Assembly: GCF_006345805.1 (NCBI RefSeq)
Contig: NC_043013.1
Location: 54,374,001-54,438,000 of the forward strand
Direction: 5' to 3'
DNA: 64,000 bases
From: Octopus sinensis
Lineage: Eukaryota
Positions 24,001-39,065 of this stretch are shown here, piece by piece (within the stretch, counting starts at the first letter, position 1; the number at the start of each line of letters is the position of its first letter). Position numbers and translations under genes: made by a program. Under the pieces are notes generated by a model. The model saw only the letters and a list, made by a program, of their open reading frames with translations, was not told the DNA's origin and did not search any database.

Positions 24001-27000
24001 ATATCTGTATAGAAAATATAATATGGTTGTTTAATTATATCATCAATAACTAATAATTGCTAATTATGTTCGCATTTTGAATCCAATAAAACTGTTGTAC
24101 ACAAGTCACAATCATAAAGCTGGTTGCAGTTAACTCTAAAAGAATTATTTAATCAATGGGAAAATCATATTTGTCTTTTATACATTCTCATATCAATCAG
24201 TTCTTCAGAAGACAATACATCTGAGAAGAAATCCTGTCTTCACCAAATATTTCAAAAGCAGCTCTCTCAAAGAAAACACATTGGTAATAATTGATAGAAG
24301 AAACTAGGAGAGACTAGCAGAACTCTGCATTTTAATTATGAGATTTATTTTCTCTTTGTAGCTGGCCAATTTTTAATTATCCATGTTAGTAAATTTGCAC
24401 TATTGTTAGGAAATCTGATTCAAATGTATAAAATTCTTCATGAAAAAATAAAAGACATATCACAAAAGATTTGAATATTTTTTTTTTCTTTAAATAAAAT
24501 GGTAGAAAGAAAAAATGTGAACATATCTTGTAACCTGTCTTTTAGCAAAAATTTCCTTTTATTAATGTTGGGGTATTTAGAGCAGAGGGTGTTGAATTCT
24601 TTAGATCTTAACTAGGCTTAATTGACTTCAGTGATATTTTAAGATAACTGTTGTGGTCTGATGGTTCCATGTTGCCGTAAGTAAAACATCAGTATTTCAC
24701 AATTATGGTGATATTTGCAGTTATGGACCAACTTCGATGGATCACTGGTACTTTCATTGATAAGAATTCAGTTGTTTGATCAGCTGAACCAGTTGCTCAT
24801 TCAATTATCAAGTGGTTGAGTATCCCACAGATGCATATACCATTAACATGATTCTCAAATGGAATCAGTGTGATGTGGAGGAATTGAATTACTGGTATAA
24901 TGCATGTGACAAATTTCCACACAGCATCTTTCTTCCCACTTTCACTCACAAGGCTTGGGTCAGTCCCTGGTTATGGTAAAAAAAAATACTTGCCCAAGAT
25001 ACCACATAGGGAGGGGGCGGAGTTAGGGGTGCTGGGTAACATCTGAAACTTTCTGATTGTGAAGGAAACATCTTAATCATTTGGTCATGGCTCAAATTAA
25101 TTATATTAATGATCACTAACATGTGGACAATGACGGCACAGTCACAAATTTGGGGCAGCCAACCTCTTATCCCTAAAATAAATAAAGTTGACTGAAGTAA
25201 GATTGGAACACATAATATATAGGGTTGTAACTAAATACCACAAAGCACTTTGTCTTTTGTTCTATGATTTCACCATCCACAGTAAAGAAATGGTACACAC
25301 TTAATTCTTGAATAGTTACCTAATACAAGTACATCTCTAGGTACTAAGTTCAAATCCCACCCAGCTTAATACTGCCATTCATCTCTTTTAGGGTTGATAC
25401 AAATGTACCAAATGCTGCACAGAAGTAAGGATGTCGGGTAGGATGCCAGATGGTATTTGTCCACTTTTTCCATCCTAAGTTATACTAATCTGGTGTACTT
25501 TAGTAATAGATTTAGTCTGTTGCCTGGATTAACAACCGTAGCCTGGCACCTTGGATGGCTTTATCTGTGTCCAGAAAGTTTGTTGTAAGAAATTTTGCTA
25601 TATAGGAAAATTTGCCATAATATAAAGTATATCATTATTATTTTTGAAAATACCAAAGAAGAATAATAAAGCAAGTCTTTATTCAATGTCAAACAATAAA
25701 AAACTTGATGATGTCATTTAGAATGAAATTTATAGTGAATTTTTCCTACAGGAAAAATGTTTATCATACAGAATCCACTCAGCTTTGCAAGCAGTCAGGC
25801 CAAGTCTCCTGTTTGAGGACACCCTCCCTCTCTCCCTCGAGTCTTAGATCCCTTAATAGAGTCATGGCTACTGGCGTTCCTCCAGACCAAACATTATTTT
25901 TAAAAAAATCTTGCAAGATGTTTTTTGGAATATAGAGATTCAAATGAATAACATTCTTAACAAAGAGAATTAGAATTATATTTAATTTTAGAAAAGTTAA
26001 TGAGAGCTTATTAAATTGATATGAAATAAAATTAGTAAAACAAGATAAATTTAGAGGCTGCAAAAAGAGGGTTTATATTATAAATCATTTTTTGGCCAAT
26101 GGAGATATGAGTTCTTTGGATTCTAGTATTTTTTTTTAACTTGCTTTCTTAAATTCTTTTTTTACCTTTTCTTTTACTGTTTGCCCTGAATACTGAGGCA
26201 ACAAACATGAAAATACAACGGAAATTGCAATATTTCATATAATTAAAGCAAGACTTTTAATAAAGCTGATGAAATTCTTTAAATTATAGTTGTATAAAAC
26301 TAAATATTATAACACAGTCCCTCAATAAACAGAAACGAATCAACCTTTTCCAATGGAATTTTAATTTCTAATTTCCTCTTTGCCATTTATTTCCAGAAGG
26401 AGCAATCCACAATGTGAAAAAGGATATTGAATATTCAATCTGGCCAACCAGCTTTCACCACTGGTCCTTATCTATAGCAATGGCATCAGAGTCATTAAAT
26501 CTAACATTACGTCTCAAGAGAGGAGCCTCATTAACTTGGGAAAGTCTTTAAAAAGAAAAAAGTCCTCTTTCAACACAATAACATCTTTTAGCATATTTTT
26601 GTGATTCAGACGAGTGGCTAACGACAATATTTGATCTAAAAAATGTTTAATCAAAATGAAACATTTTGAACCTAGCATACTCTCAGCTGACACAGTCTGC
26701 GTAGTCACAATTAGTCATGTGCATTCTTTCTTTCTTTCTTTTTCTTTCTTTCTCTCTTTCTTTCTTTCTTTTTCTTTCTTTCTTTCTTTATTTATTTATT
26801 TAGTGTGGGGACAATGAACTTTGATTATCATAAAAGAGAATGAAGCTGGGCAAAGCATTTCCCAGCAAGCATTAGAAAGTAATATTTCAATTTTGCCATT
26901 AATTGAACAGTTCCATATAAAGTAATTTGGTCGCTGGTGTCCATGGAAATTGGTATAACATATGTGTCACACCGACTCTGCCTGAAAATTACACCAAGGC

Positions 27001-27079
27001 TACAAATGTCTATGGAATACTCAGCTAGTTATGCAAACAACTGGATACCCAGTACCGAAACTGACAGAGATCCAGTATG

Positions 27080-27122
<43 letters not shown>

Positions 27123-27519
27123 TCTTGTGTCTTGGGAGGATCCTTATGCCATTAATTATCAACACATTCACTGGATAATGCACACTTTAATTTCCCAACC
27201 TCTGGTATTCTGTGTGTCTGAGCCATCTTACTGCCAAATTGATAGATTTAGTGAACAGCCTGGAGGTGATGCATTCTTCAGTAAAGTGGAGCTGTCAGGT
27301 TTCTATTCTTTTTTTTTTATTGGTGTAATGATCCTCCCAAAATATGACAAGGTTTTTTGACACAAAAATTCCCATCAACCTTTCAAACCAAATACAAAAT
27401 TGAAGTGTGTGTACACATACACACACACACACACTTGAATCATATATATATATATAAGCATTAATAAATCTCTGTGTGTTGCCGTTATATATATATATAT
27501 TTATATTTATATATATGGT

Positions 27520-27820
27520 TTGTGACAGATCATGCCTTTCTTTTGCTGAGCTCAAAACAAACCTCCACCAATTATTCTGCCCATGTATCTGTGTGCACCT
27601 GTCAATACCATAAGGTTTGCAAATCTAATGAAGGCCTCAAAAGACATTTTAAGATCCACAAAGATTAGAACTTAACTGGTGGTTCAAATCAGGCATGCAA
27701 TCTTTGTGGGTGTTTTTACAGTACAGTGTCTGGTTTAAAAAGCCACATCAGATACTATGATAGTTCTAAGGTGTAAGTACAAGAGGTGGTCAGACTCTGC
27801 ATAAGGAGTAGACAACAACC
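27520..27820 (+). mobile_element. LINE (RTE-like) 3' end with two decayed C2H2 zinc-finger motifs
   Basis: CQYHKVCKSNEGLKRHFKIH and CNLCG...SGLKSHIR, ending ...CATAAGGAGTAGACAAC next to a TA tract. A second copy is inverted at 56200-56420. Confidence 0.65.
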
Positions 27821-30087
27821 ACATATATATGATTGCTGCGGTTTAAATGACCAACAAATATTTTTCTGGTTTCTATTGTTAGGTGAAATGTTAAACTCTA
27901 ATTGATTGATGAAGGATTCTTGCTTGTTTCATGAATTCATAATTTATATTTTATACAACAGTCTAACACATAGATTTTCATTCCTTAAATCTTAAATACT
28001 AAGACAACTGGCTCTCCCAAGAATGAATCAATACTAAGTTCTCTGAATATCTGTGAATTCTTAACGACTAACTCTGGTTTATCCTGACATTCCAAACTAA
28101 AGAAATTAAAATGAAATAGATGGTATTCCTTTTACTCTGTGACTGAATTACTTTATCTTTCCTGCAAGATTGTAGAATTTTGATGAAGCTGCTTTGATTT
28201 TAGGCTTAAAAATAATAATAATAATAAAGAAATGACATGAGCACTGTTCTTATACAGTTCCTGTTCTAGAAATGGATTTAAGCTTGGATGTCTGATTACT
28301 TTTGATGTCATCTTCAAGCTATACAGGCAATATCATGATATTATCATAGATCTTCTTAAATGGGAAAAGTAGTAAAAGAGTAATGTGAAGATATTTTTTT
28401 TACTGAAGTATAGATGAATATATTTTACCGGGTCATAGTACGTCTTAAAAATAGATCATTTCTTTATGACTGACAGCTATACACACGTGTGTTGGAACCA
28501 AATTCTTAGTAATTACTACAAACATCAGAAGCTAACTTTTCAAGACCCTGGAGTATTTTCCTTACATTGAAATAAAAATATTTGTTACCTATTTTCATTG
28601 AGATTGTAAAAAATAAAGTTAAAAACTAGATGTAAAATCTGGGTTAACATTTGCTCCTTTGAGAAGAATATATTTCTCAAAGATGTGACAAAACTCCCAA
28701 ACTAAATGAATAAATCAGATAAACCATTTTTTTTTATTTGAACCGAAAACAAGTTCTTTGAATTCCCTAAGCAAAATGGTTAAATATTTTTAGAGAAGTC
28801 AGTTTTGATTTGCTAGGTTGCAGTAACTTGCATCTCTTTACATCGATATTTCTATAAAGCTAATATTTATATAAGTAAAAGAAAAGAAAAAGAAAACGAC
28901 ATAGAAAAAATGGTTTAATGTTCTCTGCTTTCTTCTACATTTCAATCTATGAGATTATACAGCTAGAATGCAGAAAACATTATCCAAGAATAAATGATTT
29001 CTTGGATTTTTTCAAAAATACATATGGAATTTTTTTATGTAACTTTTGGAATTTTTTTAACTTTTGGAAATATAATTATTATTTTTAAGTGATTTTCTTA
29101 AAATTATTTTTTTATTTTTTTCTGTCTCTCTCCAGTAAGCTTACTCTATACTTACATAGAACTTTTGTAACCAGACAATATTATAGAGTAAGATCATCAA
29201 TAACACACACACATTTTTACATACATACATATATCTATGTGCATGTTGTATGGAATATGTTTCTTCTTTTGCTCTCTATGTGTATGTATATGTGTACATG
29301 TGTGTATGTATGTTGTGTGACTATTGTATGTATATGTAGGTATGCTAGCAAAATAATATAATATCCAGTACACACTTATACCATAAATATAAAGAGGTTG
29401 GTATTATATGCTTCTGTGCAGTAACAAGACACTTTAAACCAAGCTCTATGTTTGTTCAAACAGTTTGACTTGTAGACAGACAGATTAGGATGATCAACAT
29501 TGGTAAAGATATTTCTGTAATGATACATATAAACCAACATTCGTGTAGTAAACTGTATGAGTGTGTGTGTCTTAAAGGGCCATTACAGTTTGGCACCAGT
29601 GCCACTGCAGTACAAGAATAGCTGTGTAACTATGAAGTTTGCTTTGCAGCCATGTGCCTTTCTGTTTGGTCTCACAACGTGGTATCTTGAAGTGTTGGCT
29701 TCTATCATAGCCCCAAATTAACCAGTACCATGAGAATAGAATTCTTGGATGGAAACTATGCAAAAGACTCTCATATATGTAGTTTATTTTGAACTATCAT
29801 CACCATCATCATCATTATTTTAATGCTCACTTTCCCTTGCTTGTTGGTTCAGTCAGAATAGTTTTATGCAGATTCTCTATGGCCCATTGTCAATTCTCAC
29901 TTGTCAAACAAGGCTGGACATCTTCTATTCATTGAAGATTAGAAATGAGTATCAGGTACCACACTTGTATGATGATGATGATGATGATGCTTGTTTGCAA
30001 ATATCATGCATGTCAAGTGAGACTCGCACACACATCTATGGCAGGCATCTTTTAGTTTCTCTTTACCAAATCCACTCACAATAAGGG

Positions 30088-30205
30088 TAATGCCTCAATA
30101 TAGGAGTTAATTTGTTCCTGGAGACCATTTGTAAAGTGAAAACTCATGAAGCAGAGCAATAATTTCCCATAGTAGCAATGTTATAAATCGTAATTCGTTC
30201 CCAGA
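30088..30205 (+). mobile_element. Tigger/pogo-like MITE terminus
   Basis: TAATGCCTCAATATAGGAGTTAATTTGTTCC...TTTCCCATAG...TAATTCGTTCC resembles Tigger-type TIRs with an internal repeat; no partner TIR found. Confidence 0.35.
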
Positions 30206-30824
30206 AAAATATTATATTTACAGAATTTATAATATTTGTAACTGAATGTCAATAAAACAACAGTAAACTGTAAAGAATATTTTATGTAAAGTAAAAAGAA
30301 TGTGAAGATCAATTATAATAAAAAATACTATTATTATAATAATTTTTTGAATCACTTTCACTCACACTAGACTCTCGCACACCATCACATGAAGATGTGA
30401 TTGCCAAGCTCACCCTAACACCAACCACTCAGCAGAGTGGATTTGGTGTTTTTTATGTGGCACAGGTGAAGTCAGTTTTGGCAAGGTTTTTACAGCTGGA
30501 TGCCCTTCCAAACACTTGTCCCTTTAGGTGTCACCTGCACTGACAGGGTCACCAAGCACCTTGCAAGACAAAATCTTTTAAGAGGGAAGAAGGCATTGGA
30601 GGAAGTGATGATGATGAAAATATTATAGTGAGACAGATACAGGTGGCAATACTAGAGTTAGACAAGGCATGTGTGTGTGTGGGGGGGGCGCAAACAGAGA
30701 GCAATGATACAGTGGAACCAGGTGAAGACGCAATTGGGGAGTGGGAGGTAATCATAGTACATGAAGCGGAAATGTGAGGAAGAGAAGGGATGTAGAGACG
30801 TAGTTTGGTTTGTTGTGGTGTGTG

Positions 30825-30916
<92 letters not shown>

Positions 30917-30967
30917 ATATGTGTATATATGTGTGTGTGTGTTTGTGTATATATATATATGTATGTA

Positions 30968-31620
30968 CAGGGTGCAGTGAATAAATTGTCATCTAAATTA
31001 TGCAAAAATGAAAATAACACTGACATCTCATTTTAACAGACATATTTACCAAAATTTCATTAAAGTATCTTGAAACATTGAAGAGTAAATTTTTTCTATA
31101 AAATCGTCATTGGCTTCAGTCGGAACCTACAACTCTTCTGAACAGTTTCCTTGTTTAAGTTGGTGAATGCTGCCATAATCCTTGTTTTCAGTTCATCTTT
31201 GGTGTTACAAGGAGTTTTGTTGGTCTCTTACTCAACTGTACCCCCACACATAACAATCAAGGAGTTTGCAGTGTGAGGAGTTGGGTGGCCAGATGTTAGG
31301 GGTGATGTGGTCGAAGAAATTGTCTGACAACTATGACTGGGTTCTCCTGCTTGTGCATCTTGGTGCAGAGTCTTGTTGCCAGACACAGGATCCTCCAGCA
31401 GCCATCCTCTTGATACAGGGCTGCACTACCTCACCCAGGCACTTGCTGTAGGCCTCTGTGTTGAGTGTGAAGCCATGTGGCATGATGAATAGTTACCTAA
31501 CACTGCCATCACTAGTGATCACTCCAAATACCATGATGATGACTGGGTGTTTGATTTTTATCACTCTCAGTACATGTCCTCAGATTGACACCCAAACACT
31601 CTGAAATGTTTAATGCATTT
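30968..31620 (-). mobile_element. DD37D (maT-type) Tc1/mariner element, internally deleted transposase
   Basis: TA then CAGGGTG terminus at 30966-30974. Minus strand reads VWQQD-SAPRCTSRRTQS*LSDNFFDHITPNIWPPNSSHCKLL-DCYVWG (37 residues between the 2nd and 3rd D), plus KIKHPVIIMVFGVITSDG and the HTH-like NISECLGVNLRT. Confidence 0.88.
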
Positions 31621-32324
31621 TGTGTGTGTGTGTGCACTATGGATTCTACCTGTTCACCACCTAAAGTTATTATCACGATATAAATAAGCAACATAAAACC
31701 GTTATTTGAAATATTTTCTATTCCCTGGGTGCATTCCATGCCTCAGAAAAAGCTAAATCTACACCAGGTGGAATTGGAATCTTCACCACAAAATCATTGT
31801 TTTCTTTTTCCTAATTTATTTTTTTTTATTATATTTTTTTCCTGTTTTTTTTTTGTTTATTATTGGTATTAGCTTAGAAACATAGTAAATTTCGACTGTA
31901 TATCTTACTCCAACAAAGGCAATCACAGTCTTGCCATTACTGTCAACATTTATGATGTAATTGATGTGATAATTAATTACACACATCTTCTCTCTCTCTC
32001 CCTCTCTCTCCACCCTCCTGTAAATCTTAATATGTCTAACATTGGCTGCTTAGAAACAGGCAGTCTTTTGCTTTATATATCACATTGTCATCAGCCATAG
32101 AAAACAATTCGATTACTATACTGTATAATAAGTAAATACTTGGTAAAATTTGTAAGCTCATAGCGCCAATGTTATGGACATGTGATTAGAATGTAGTAGG
32201 AGGTGTAAGGGTCGATCAAGAATGAGACAGTTCGGTATCTGGCTGGACAGTCTAATGATGGTTGCTTCTGAAAGGCTCCCATGCTGGAGGTGCCTGAGAA
32301 ATCTACCCCAGTGGCCTTCCCAGA

Positions 32325-32590
32325 AATATGTTTCTTTATTAGCCACACAGAGCTGCACACAGATGGGACAGATTACAAAGTAGAGCTTTTCTTTTTGGGG
32401 AGAAGAAAAAAAAAAGTGGGGTGGTTTTTGATCAAAAGGGATTGTAAAAGGGGGTGGAAACAATCAATAGGGATTGTGTATCACAGACATGTCATGATAT
32501 AAAGTGTAAAGGGGGAAGCAGATAAGGTTTATCCATGAAAAGAAAAGCCTACGGAAAAGACCATGGTAACCTCAGTCAATAATGTCACAC
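32325..32590 (-). mobile_element. interspersed repeat resembling an L1/Tx1-type LINE 3' tail
   Basis: The minus strand ends ...CTGTGTGGCTAATAAAGAAACAT with a polyA signal after a pyrimidine-rich UTR. Family assignment is from memory. Confidence 0.4.
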
Positions 32591-33059
32591 ATTTGTTCTG
32601 CCTTCCCAGAAATAACAGGCAGAAAAAATAGATGGATGACACATAAACCTTTTGATTTACCTTGATTTGAATGGATTAAGCTTTGAAATAATAACGTTCC
32701 TCTGCACAAAATTTTCCTATGATAATTTCTCAAGTTTTTCACATTATTGATTATAATGTCCCCACATCATTAATTGTAATATATTTGTTGTAAAGATTCT
32801 TCTTTTTCTAAAATTTCCCTTTCAGCCACCACTGATGTTTGAAATGAGCCAAATCCAAAGATAAAATCCTGAACTCCACTGCAATCATTTGATTCAGTGT
32901 TCTTCCACTTTTGTCATTAGAGCAACATAAAAAGAAGACATTAACCAACATTTTAACCACTTAGCCATTTATACTTTCACACTTCCTATTCTGTCCCACA
33001 TTCTCACATTCTACCTGCACCACACACCTCTATTTCTCTGTCTGACTTTTCAGGTGGGC

Positions 33060-33352
33060 AAGCTATGCATTGTCCTCTTCAGCTAGACACCCACTCCTTT
33101 CCAGTCTATACCCCACTCTATTGAGCGGGGTCTTATCTTGTAGGTAGTTGGTGTCTCCCTAGGGCTGGTATCACACAAAAAGCACCCTGTACATTCTGTG
33201 AAATGGTTGGTGTTAGGAAGGGCACTGAGCTGTGGAAATCATGTCAAAGCAAACACAGAACCTAGTGGAGCCCTCTGGCTCATCTGTTCTTATCAAACTG
33301 TCCAACCCATGCCAGCTTGGAATAAAGATGTTGAATGATGTCGATGATGATA
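33060..33352 (+). mobile_element. family C (GAT-tailed) repeat copy
   Basis: AAAAGCACCC...GGTTGGTGTTAGGAAGGGCA...TCCAACCCATGCCAGC...GATGATG. Confidence 0.7.
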
Positions 33353-34754
33353 ACTTCAAATTTACCCAATTTTCACAACCTTTAGGAAATGTTCTCCCTT
33401 TATAGACTTAACAATGACGATAATTACAACTCATGTCTCTAATAACTTCCATTGTCATTTCACTTGACTGCATCAATCACAATCATAATTTACACACATT
33501 GTTCTCCTATCTTTTTTTTTGTAATTTTTATTTTCATTATTTAGTTACTAACTTTTTTCTTGATTCAAAATATGGCCATCATGTCAGTCTTTTCTGCCAT
33601 GTGGACTCCCGCCTTAAACATTTAAAGCAGTAGGACTTGCCAATGTCTTTTCATGCCTGGAAAATTCGTTAGGATACTTTAGGTTGTTATCATTCTTATA
33701 ATGTTTTAACCAGTTAAAGTTAAATAACAGAACATTCATTCCACTTAAAAGGAAGCCACAGCAATGACTCCAGTTGTTTGGTTTAATCACTCTGCAACCG
33801 AAGATTCAGTGAAGGGATTTAGTGCAGTTTAAATGTTGGTTCAGTTTCAGTCTACCCGACATGACTGCTACACCTATTGTGCATCTGATTATACATGGGT
33901 TTGCTCTCGTAGACACTTCAGGCTAATCTGAAACAGCGTTCGCCACCACCCCCACCCACCCACATACCACCACTCTCCACTCTCACTATTTCTAAATCTT
34001 ATTCTCAATATCTAAGCAGCTTTGTTCACTTCTGTCTGTACCAATATACCACGTAATATTTGGAGACACAACGATATGATGTAATATTTCCAGAGAGAAC
34101 TCACCAGTAAACTAATCTTTATTTCTAACATTTCCATAGAAAGTTTTTGGTTGCATAATTAAACATCTAACAAGAAGACAAACTAGCCATTTACTTCCAT
34201 TTCCCAGTCGTAATCATTCCACTTCCATCACAAATACTCTTGCAAAACGAATACACGTCACGTAATTGCATCCAATCCTCCCTTGCAAATCCTAAGTCTC
34301 ATATTTATAAACAAAATTAATAACACAAATAAATGCTTTTACTCAAAGCAAGAAATCTTAAAGGTCAAAGGAAGTTAGAACTTTACCGTACATAGCTACT
34401 GGTGTTCTAGAAAAACAAGACAAAAGCAGTTTGGAATTCTTAGATTGAAGTGGGGGCCAGGAAATGTTTTAGCCTATCAATTATATTCTCAGCAATTATA
34501 CTGTAACATATCTGAGGTATGTTCAACATCCCTGCTTTATTTAGGTATAGGAATTTGTGCATGTTTAATGGATTTAGGAAATGAATTTAGAATGATATAG
34601 GAAGTTTGAATCTAAATTTGGCCTTTTACATGTATTACTTCTGCTGTTCATATGAACATATATACATATACACACATACACACACATATATTCAAACATA
34701 TAATTTGTTTTTGCATCCAGTTTTTTCCATATTAGCATGGGTTAGATGAATATA

Positions 34755-34970
34755 TTCTTTTCTACTCTAGGCACAAGGCCCAAAAGTTTTGGGGAGAGGC
34801 CAGTCAATTTCATCAACCACAGTACACAACTGGTACTTAATCTCTCAACCCCGAAACAATGAAAGGCAAAGTTGACCTCAGCGGAATTTGAACTCAGAAC
34901 ATAAAGACAGACGAAATTCTGCAAAGCATTTTGCGTGGCATGTTAACATTTCTGTCAACTCCCCCACCTT
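34755..34970 (-). mobile_element. SINE family D (Nin/Deu-type core)
   Basis: Reverse complement contains GAGTTCAAATTCCGCTGAGGTCAACTTTGCCTTTCAT...GGGGTTGAGAGATTAAGTACCAG. Copies at 52046-52250, 52829-53051, 63220-63420, 46270-46430 and 23720-23880. Confidence 0.75.
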
Positions 34971-35572
34971 GTTAGATAAATATATTATTGATGCATTTTT
35001 TTTACAGTTGGATGCTCTTCCTGTTGCTAACGCTTACCAGTTTTCCAAGTCAGAGATCTCTTACTGCACGTGTGTTTGTAAGCATACAGCAGACAATTGG
35101 ACTGGAATTTGACACCAGACTTCACTACTTGTAACTCAACAGTTCTCCATTCAAACTTCGCAGATTGTGTGCATTAATTTGCTTGGGTGGATTTCCGGAA
35201 CAGGTGGGTGGGAGGTTGACATGGAGAATGAAATGCATATTCAAATAGGTATTTCTATTTAAAGTTTCTCAACGTATGTATTTCTATATAATTCTCTACA
35301 ATATATATCATTATATTTTGTATTACTTTGTGAATTTAATTACTTATATATTTTAGTGTCTGTTGGTATGTATGGGTGTATGTGTGTGCGTCTGTGTGTT
35401 TGTGTTAATTTATTTATTAGTGCAAACTTTTAGAAACTATAATGGCATATCGACTTAGTGACTGAAAATTAAAATTAAGTTCCTTGAGATATATATCATG
35501 ATGTGTATGTATATGTGTATATATGTATTTACGTTTATATACATAGACTTATTTATTTATTTATATTTTATG

Positions 35573-35609
<37 letters not shown>

Positions 35610-36179
35610 CTGTATATATAAGAACTGTATATTTCCATTTCATACACACTTATATTTGTTTATTTTTATGGGTTAAATTCAATGGAAAATACTTGAAATA
35701 GATATTAATATAAGTTGTGATATTTTTTACTTCTTATATTTCATTGCATTTTAATATACAAAATGTAAGTTTGTGAGTGTATACATGTGTGTGTGTGTGT
35801 GTGTGTGTGAATTTCTATGTTATATACTAACATGAGGACATAAAAATATAAAACAGAATCCATCTTGTTATTTATAGTTTTATGTATTCTAATGCACTCT
35901 AACAGCAAGCAGAAATATATTACATACACAAACACTCACATGGTAAATACAAGAATATGATGAAAGTTTGTCCCCCACTCCCTCCTCTCTCCCCAAGCAT
36001 TATATTCAAACAGTTCTGTGGATTCCCCCCACCCCCACAATTTTTTTGGTAAAAGCTATACATTACGGTTGTCGTTGTTCCGACATTGACTGCTGTCAGA
36101 AGATTGGAAACTCAGAAACACGTTCCGAGGAGGAACAGTTCGTGGAATTTACAGCTTGAAATGCATGGGATGGGTATTC

Positions 36180-36560
36180 TTGTACTTGTTTCAGTCATTT
36201 GACTGAGGCCATGCTGGAGCACTGCTTTCAGTCAAACAATTCCACCACAGGACTTATTCTTTGTAAGCCTAGTACTTATTCTATCAGTTTCTTTTGATGA
36301 ACCACTAAGTTACGGGGATGTAAATGCACCAACATCAGTTGTCAAGCAAGGGGGGGGGGCAAACACAGACACACACACATACATACATACATACATACAT
36401 ACAGATATATATATATATACGACAGGCTTCTTTCAGTTTCTGTCTACCAAATCCACTCACAAGGCCTGAGGCTATAGTAGAAGACACTTGTCCAAGGTGT
36501 CACACAGTGGGACTGAACGCAGAATCATGTGGTTAGTAAGCAAGCTGCTTACCCCTCACA
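36180..36560 (-). mobile_element. SINE family A copy
   Basis: Reverse complement of the 9141-9515 family (TACTTGTTTCAGTCA...AGAAGACACTTG...GGGACTGAAC). Confidence 0.8.
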
Positions 36561-37310
36561 TACATATACACGTGTGTGTGTGTGCATGTTATGGAGTCTC
36601 TGTTGGTCCAAGTTTGATTTGGCATCTGCCCATGAATGTGCTGGGAATGGTTCTTTGAGGAGGACTTACAACTGGCCAAGCATACAAGTCTCCTTACTGC
36701 CTGCCAATGGGGAATATATAAGGTAAGAAGGCTGCCAATTGGGGCCAGCTCAACTTGACATCACTATCAGAATTTAAAGGGTCAAAAGATACAGGGCAAT
36801 GCAGCTAACTGACCCTGATCTTGGGTTGGTATTTCCTTTTTATCAACCCTGAAATGATGAAAGGTAAAGCTGACCTTAGTGGGATTTGAGCTCAGGGCCA
36901 GAGACTCCCCAGAAATACCATAATGCATTCTATCTGTTGTTTTGCACCTGTTTAAGCATGGCCCAGTAAAACATTCCAGCCACAGGCAGAGCATATCTAG
37001 GAATACATTATCAAATGTATCCTTTTTAAGATCATTATGTGTGACTTGAGGGAAATTTGATGTTATTTCTATTTCTCTCATTAACTCATATATTGCTGGT
37101 AACTTGTTTTCCCCTATAATTTCTTCTCTTATCTCAGCTAAGTGATGTTAGGCAGGAGGAATGAAGTGTCTTGCTGGAGACACATCATGTACAGAAACTC
37201 TGAAATGAACTGGTGCCAAGTCCACTTCTGTAAAGTGACATAAAGGATGATGGGGAATGGAAATCTCCCAGATGAAATAAATAGGAGCACAGAGAAAAAC
37301 ATTATGAAGT

Positions 37311-37353
<43 letters not shown>

Positions 37354-38439
37354 GTAGTTAGGTAAATACTGGAGATTGCTTATGCACACACACACACTCA
37401 TATATATATGCTATAGAATGCATTATATGTCAATGTATTGTAATTCATTATAAGAGGTAAAATTAATAACAGAAAGTAATTATATGTAAACAGAATATAA
37501 GCATTATATTCACAAAAGAAAATTACATTTATTCTTATTTATTATTATAGACATAGAAATGTAATGTCGTTATGATGGCCGGCTTGCCTTGCTCTTCTCT
37601 AATGAAGCAAAGCTGTGTTACAGAGATGGCTATTCAAAAGGTTGGCACACACATTCAGTGCACAATGTAGATGTTCTCCCTCACCCTCACTCACCCACTC
37701 AACGTATTTAATTTATTATGGTGTATGAATGTATGTGTGTATGTTTATGTATGAATATGTATATATACACATACAAACACACACACACATGGCTATACTC
37801 AATATTATGATGACTTCCATCACATATGCATATTCAAAAGTATATATGTGTAAATGTATACATCTATGTATGTGTTTATATGTGTGTGTGTGTGTGTACG
37901 CACACACATATGTGTGTTGTGTGTGTTTTTGTTGCATTCTTATAAGCCAACAAGAATCAAGAGAACTCAATTTGCATGGAAGAATAATACCACCATAGAT
38001 GTACAGCTTGCTATCAGTTTTGTGCTTGAACTAGACTCTGTCTAGGGTCTTAGAACCTGTAGAATTCTACCTTTGAATAGTCTTCAGATGTGATTGATAG
38101 TAAAAATGGTTATCCAATGTAATCCAAGAAAATGAAGGAAACAAATGGGCATGACAAGTAAAATGAAAAACTGAAACAAGAACAAAGAAAAGGGGTGAAA
38201 TATTTATATAGGAATGGATGAAGGTTACTTTAAACATATGTTTTACAACTCTATGTCATCTTTCAAGAAAACCAGGCAAGCAAACATCTGTGGCATTGGT
38301 AAGTCATGTATGATGTTGGAAAGATAGAAATGGAGAATGGCAAAGAAATCAAAGACCTATAGAAACAGATCCAAGACATGATGTCTGATTTACCAAAAAA
38401 AGAAGTCGGAAGTTTTATAAGCTGAAAAATATCTACAGA

Positions 38440-39065
38440 CAATCCACACTTCTAACTTTAAACTATCTCAAGTAATACTCAAATATTTCCCTCACAACAT
38501 GAGTAGCATTCAGCTAGAACCTTTAAACTTACTCCACATCCTGGGACTCACTGTGACTGAACTTTCTTGCAAATGCTTGCTGTTATCATTGGCAGGATTG
38601 CATTCCAAGTCCATCTGATCTTCTTCAGTGCTAGAATATATTCTTTTCTACTCTAGGCACAAGGCCTGAAATTTTGGGGATGGTATTGCTGCTATGCAAA
38701 CCAAAATGATGGGTGTATCAAGAAAAGGGCCTCTTGGATGTTTGGAACTTCATCGTTACTAGACACACACACCAGCCATTAATCCACCAGCATGCTGTTT
38801 CTCCTCCCTGTCATTTCTATTGTGCCACTCTAATGGCCTGTACTCCTCAAAGTTGGTTGGTTTTTACTTCCAGCACTTAAGCCCCTCTGACCCGCTGGAC
38901 TGTTCACCTCTTGTTACTCTGATGAGTAAACATTCTTCATTCCTGCCAATCTGGCACTATCCCCACACTCCACTATATCTAGTTGTCTCTCTCTCCAGAA
39001 CACCAGGCAGTTTGGATCTTTTCCCTACTGGTGTTGACCTGCCGCATTTTAAATAAAACATTCAT
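38440..39065 (+). mobile_element. decayed CR1/L2-like LINE 3' portion, with a short SINE-D tail fragment inserted at ~38640-38680
   Basis: HILGLTV-like post-RT remnant and a pyrimidine-rich degenerate C-terminal region ending ...GTTGACCTG...TTTAAATAAAACAT. Confidence 0.45.
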
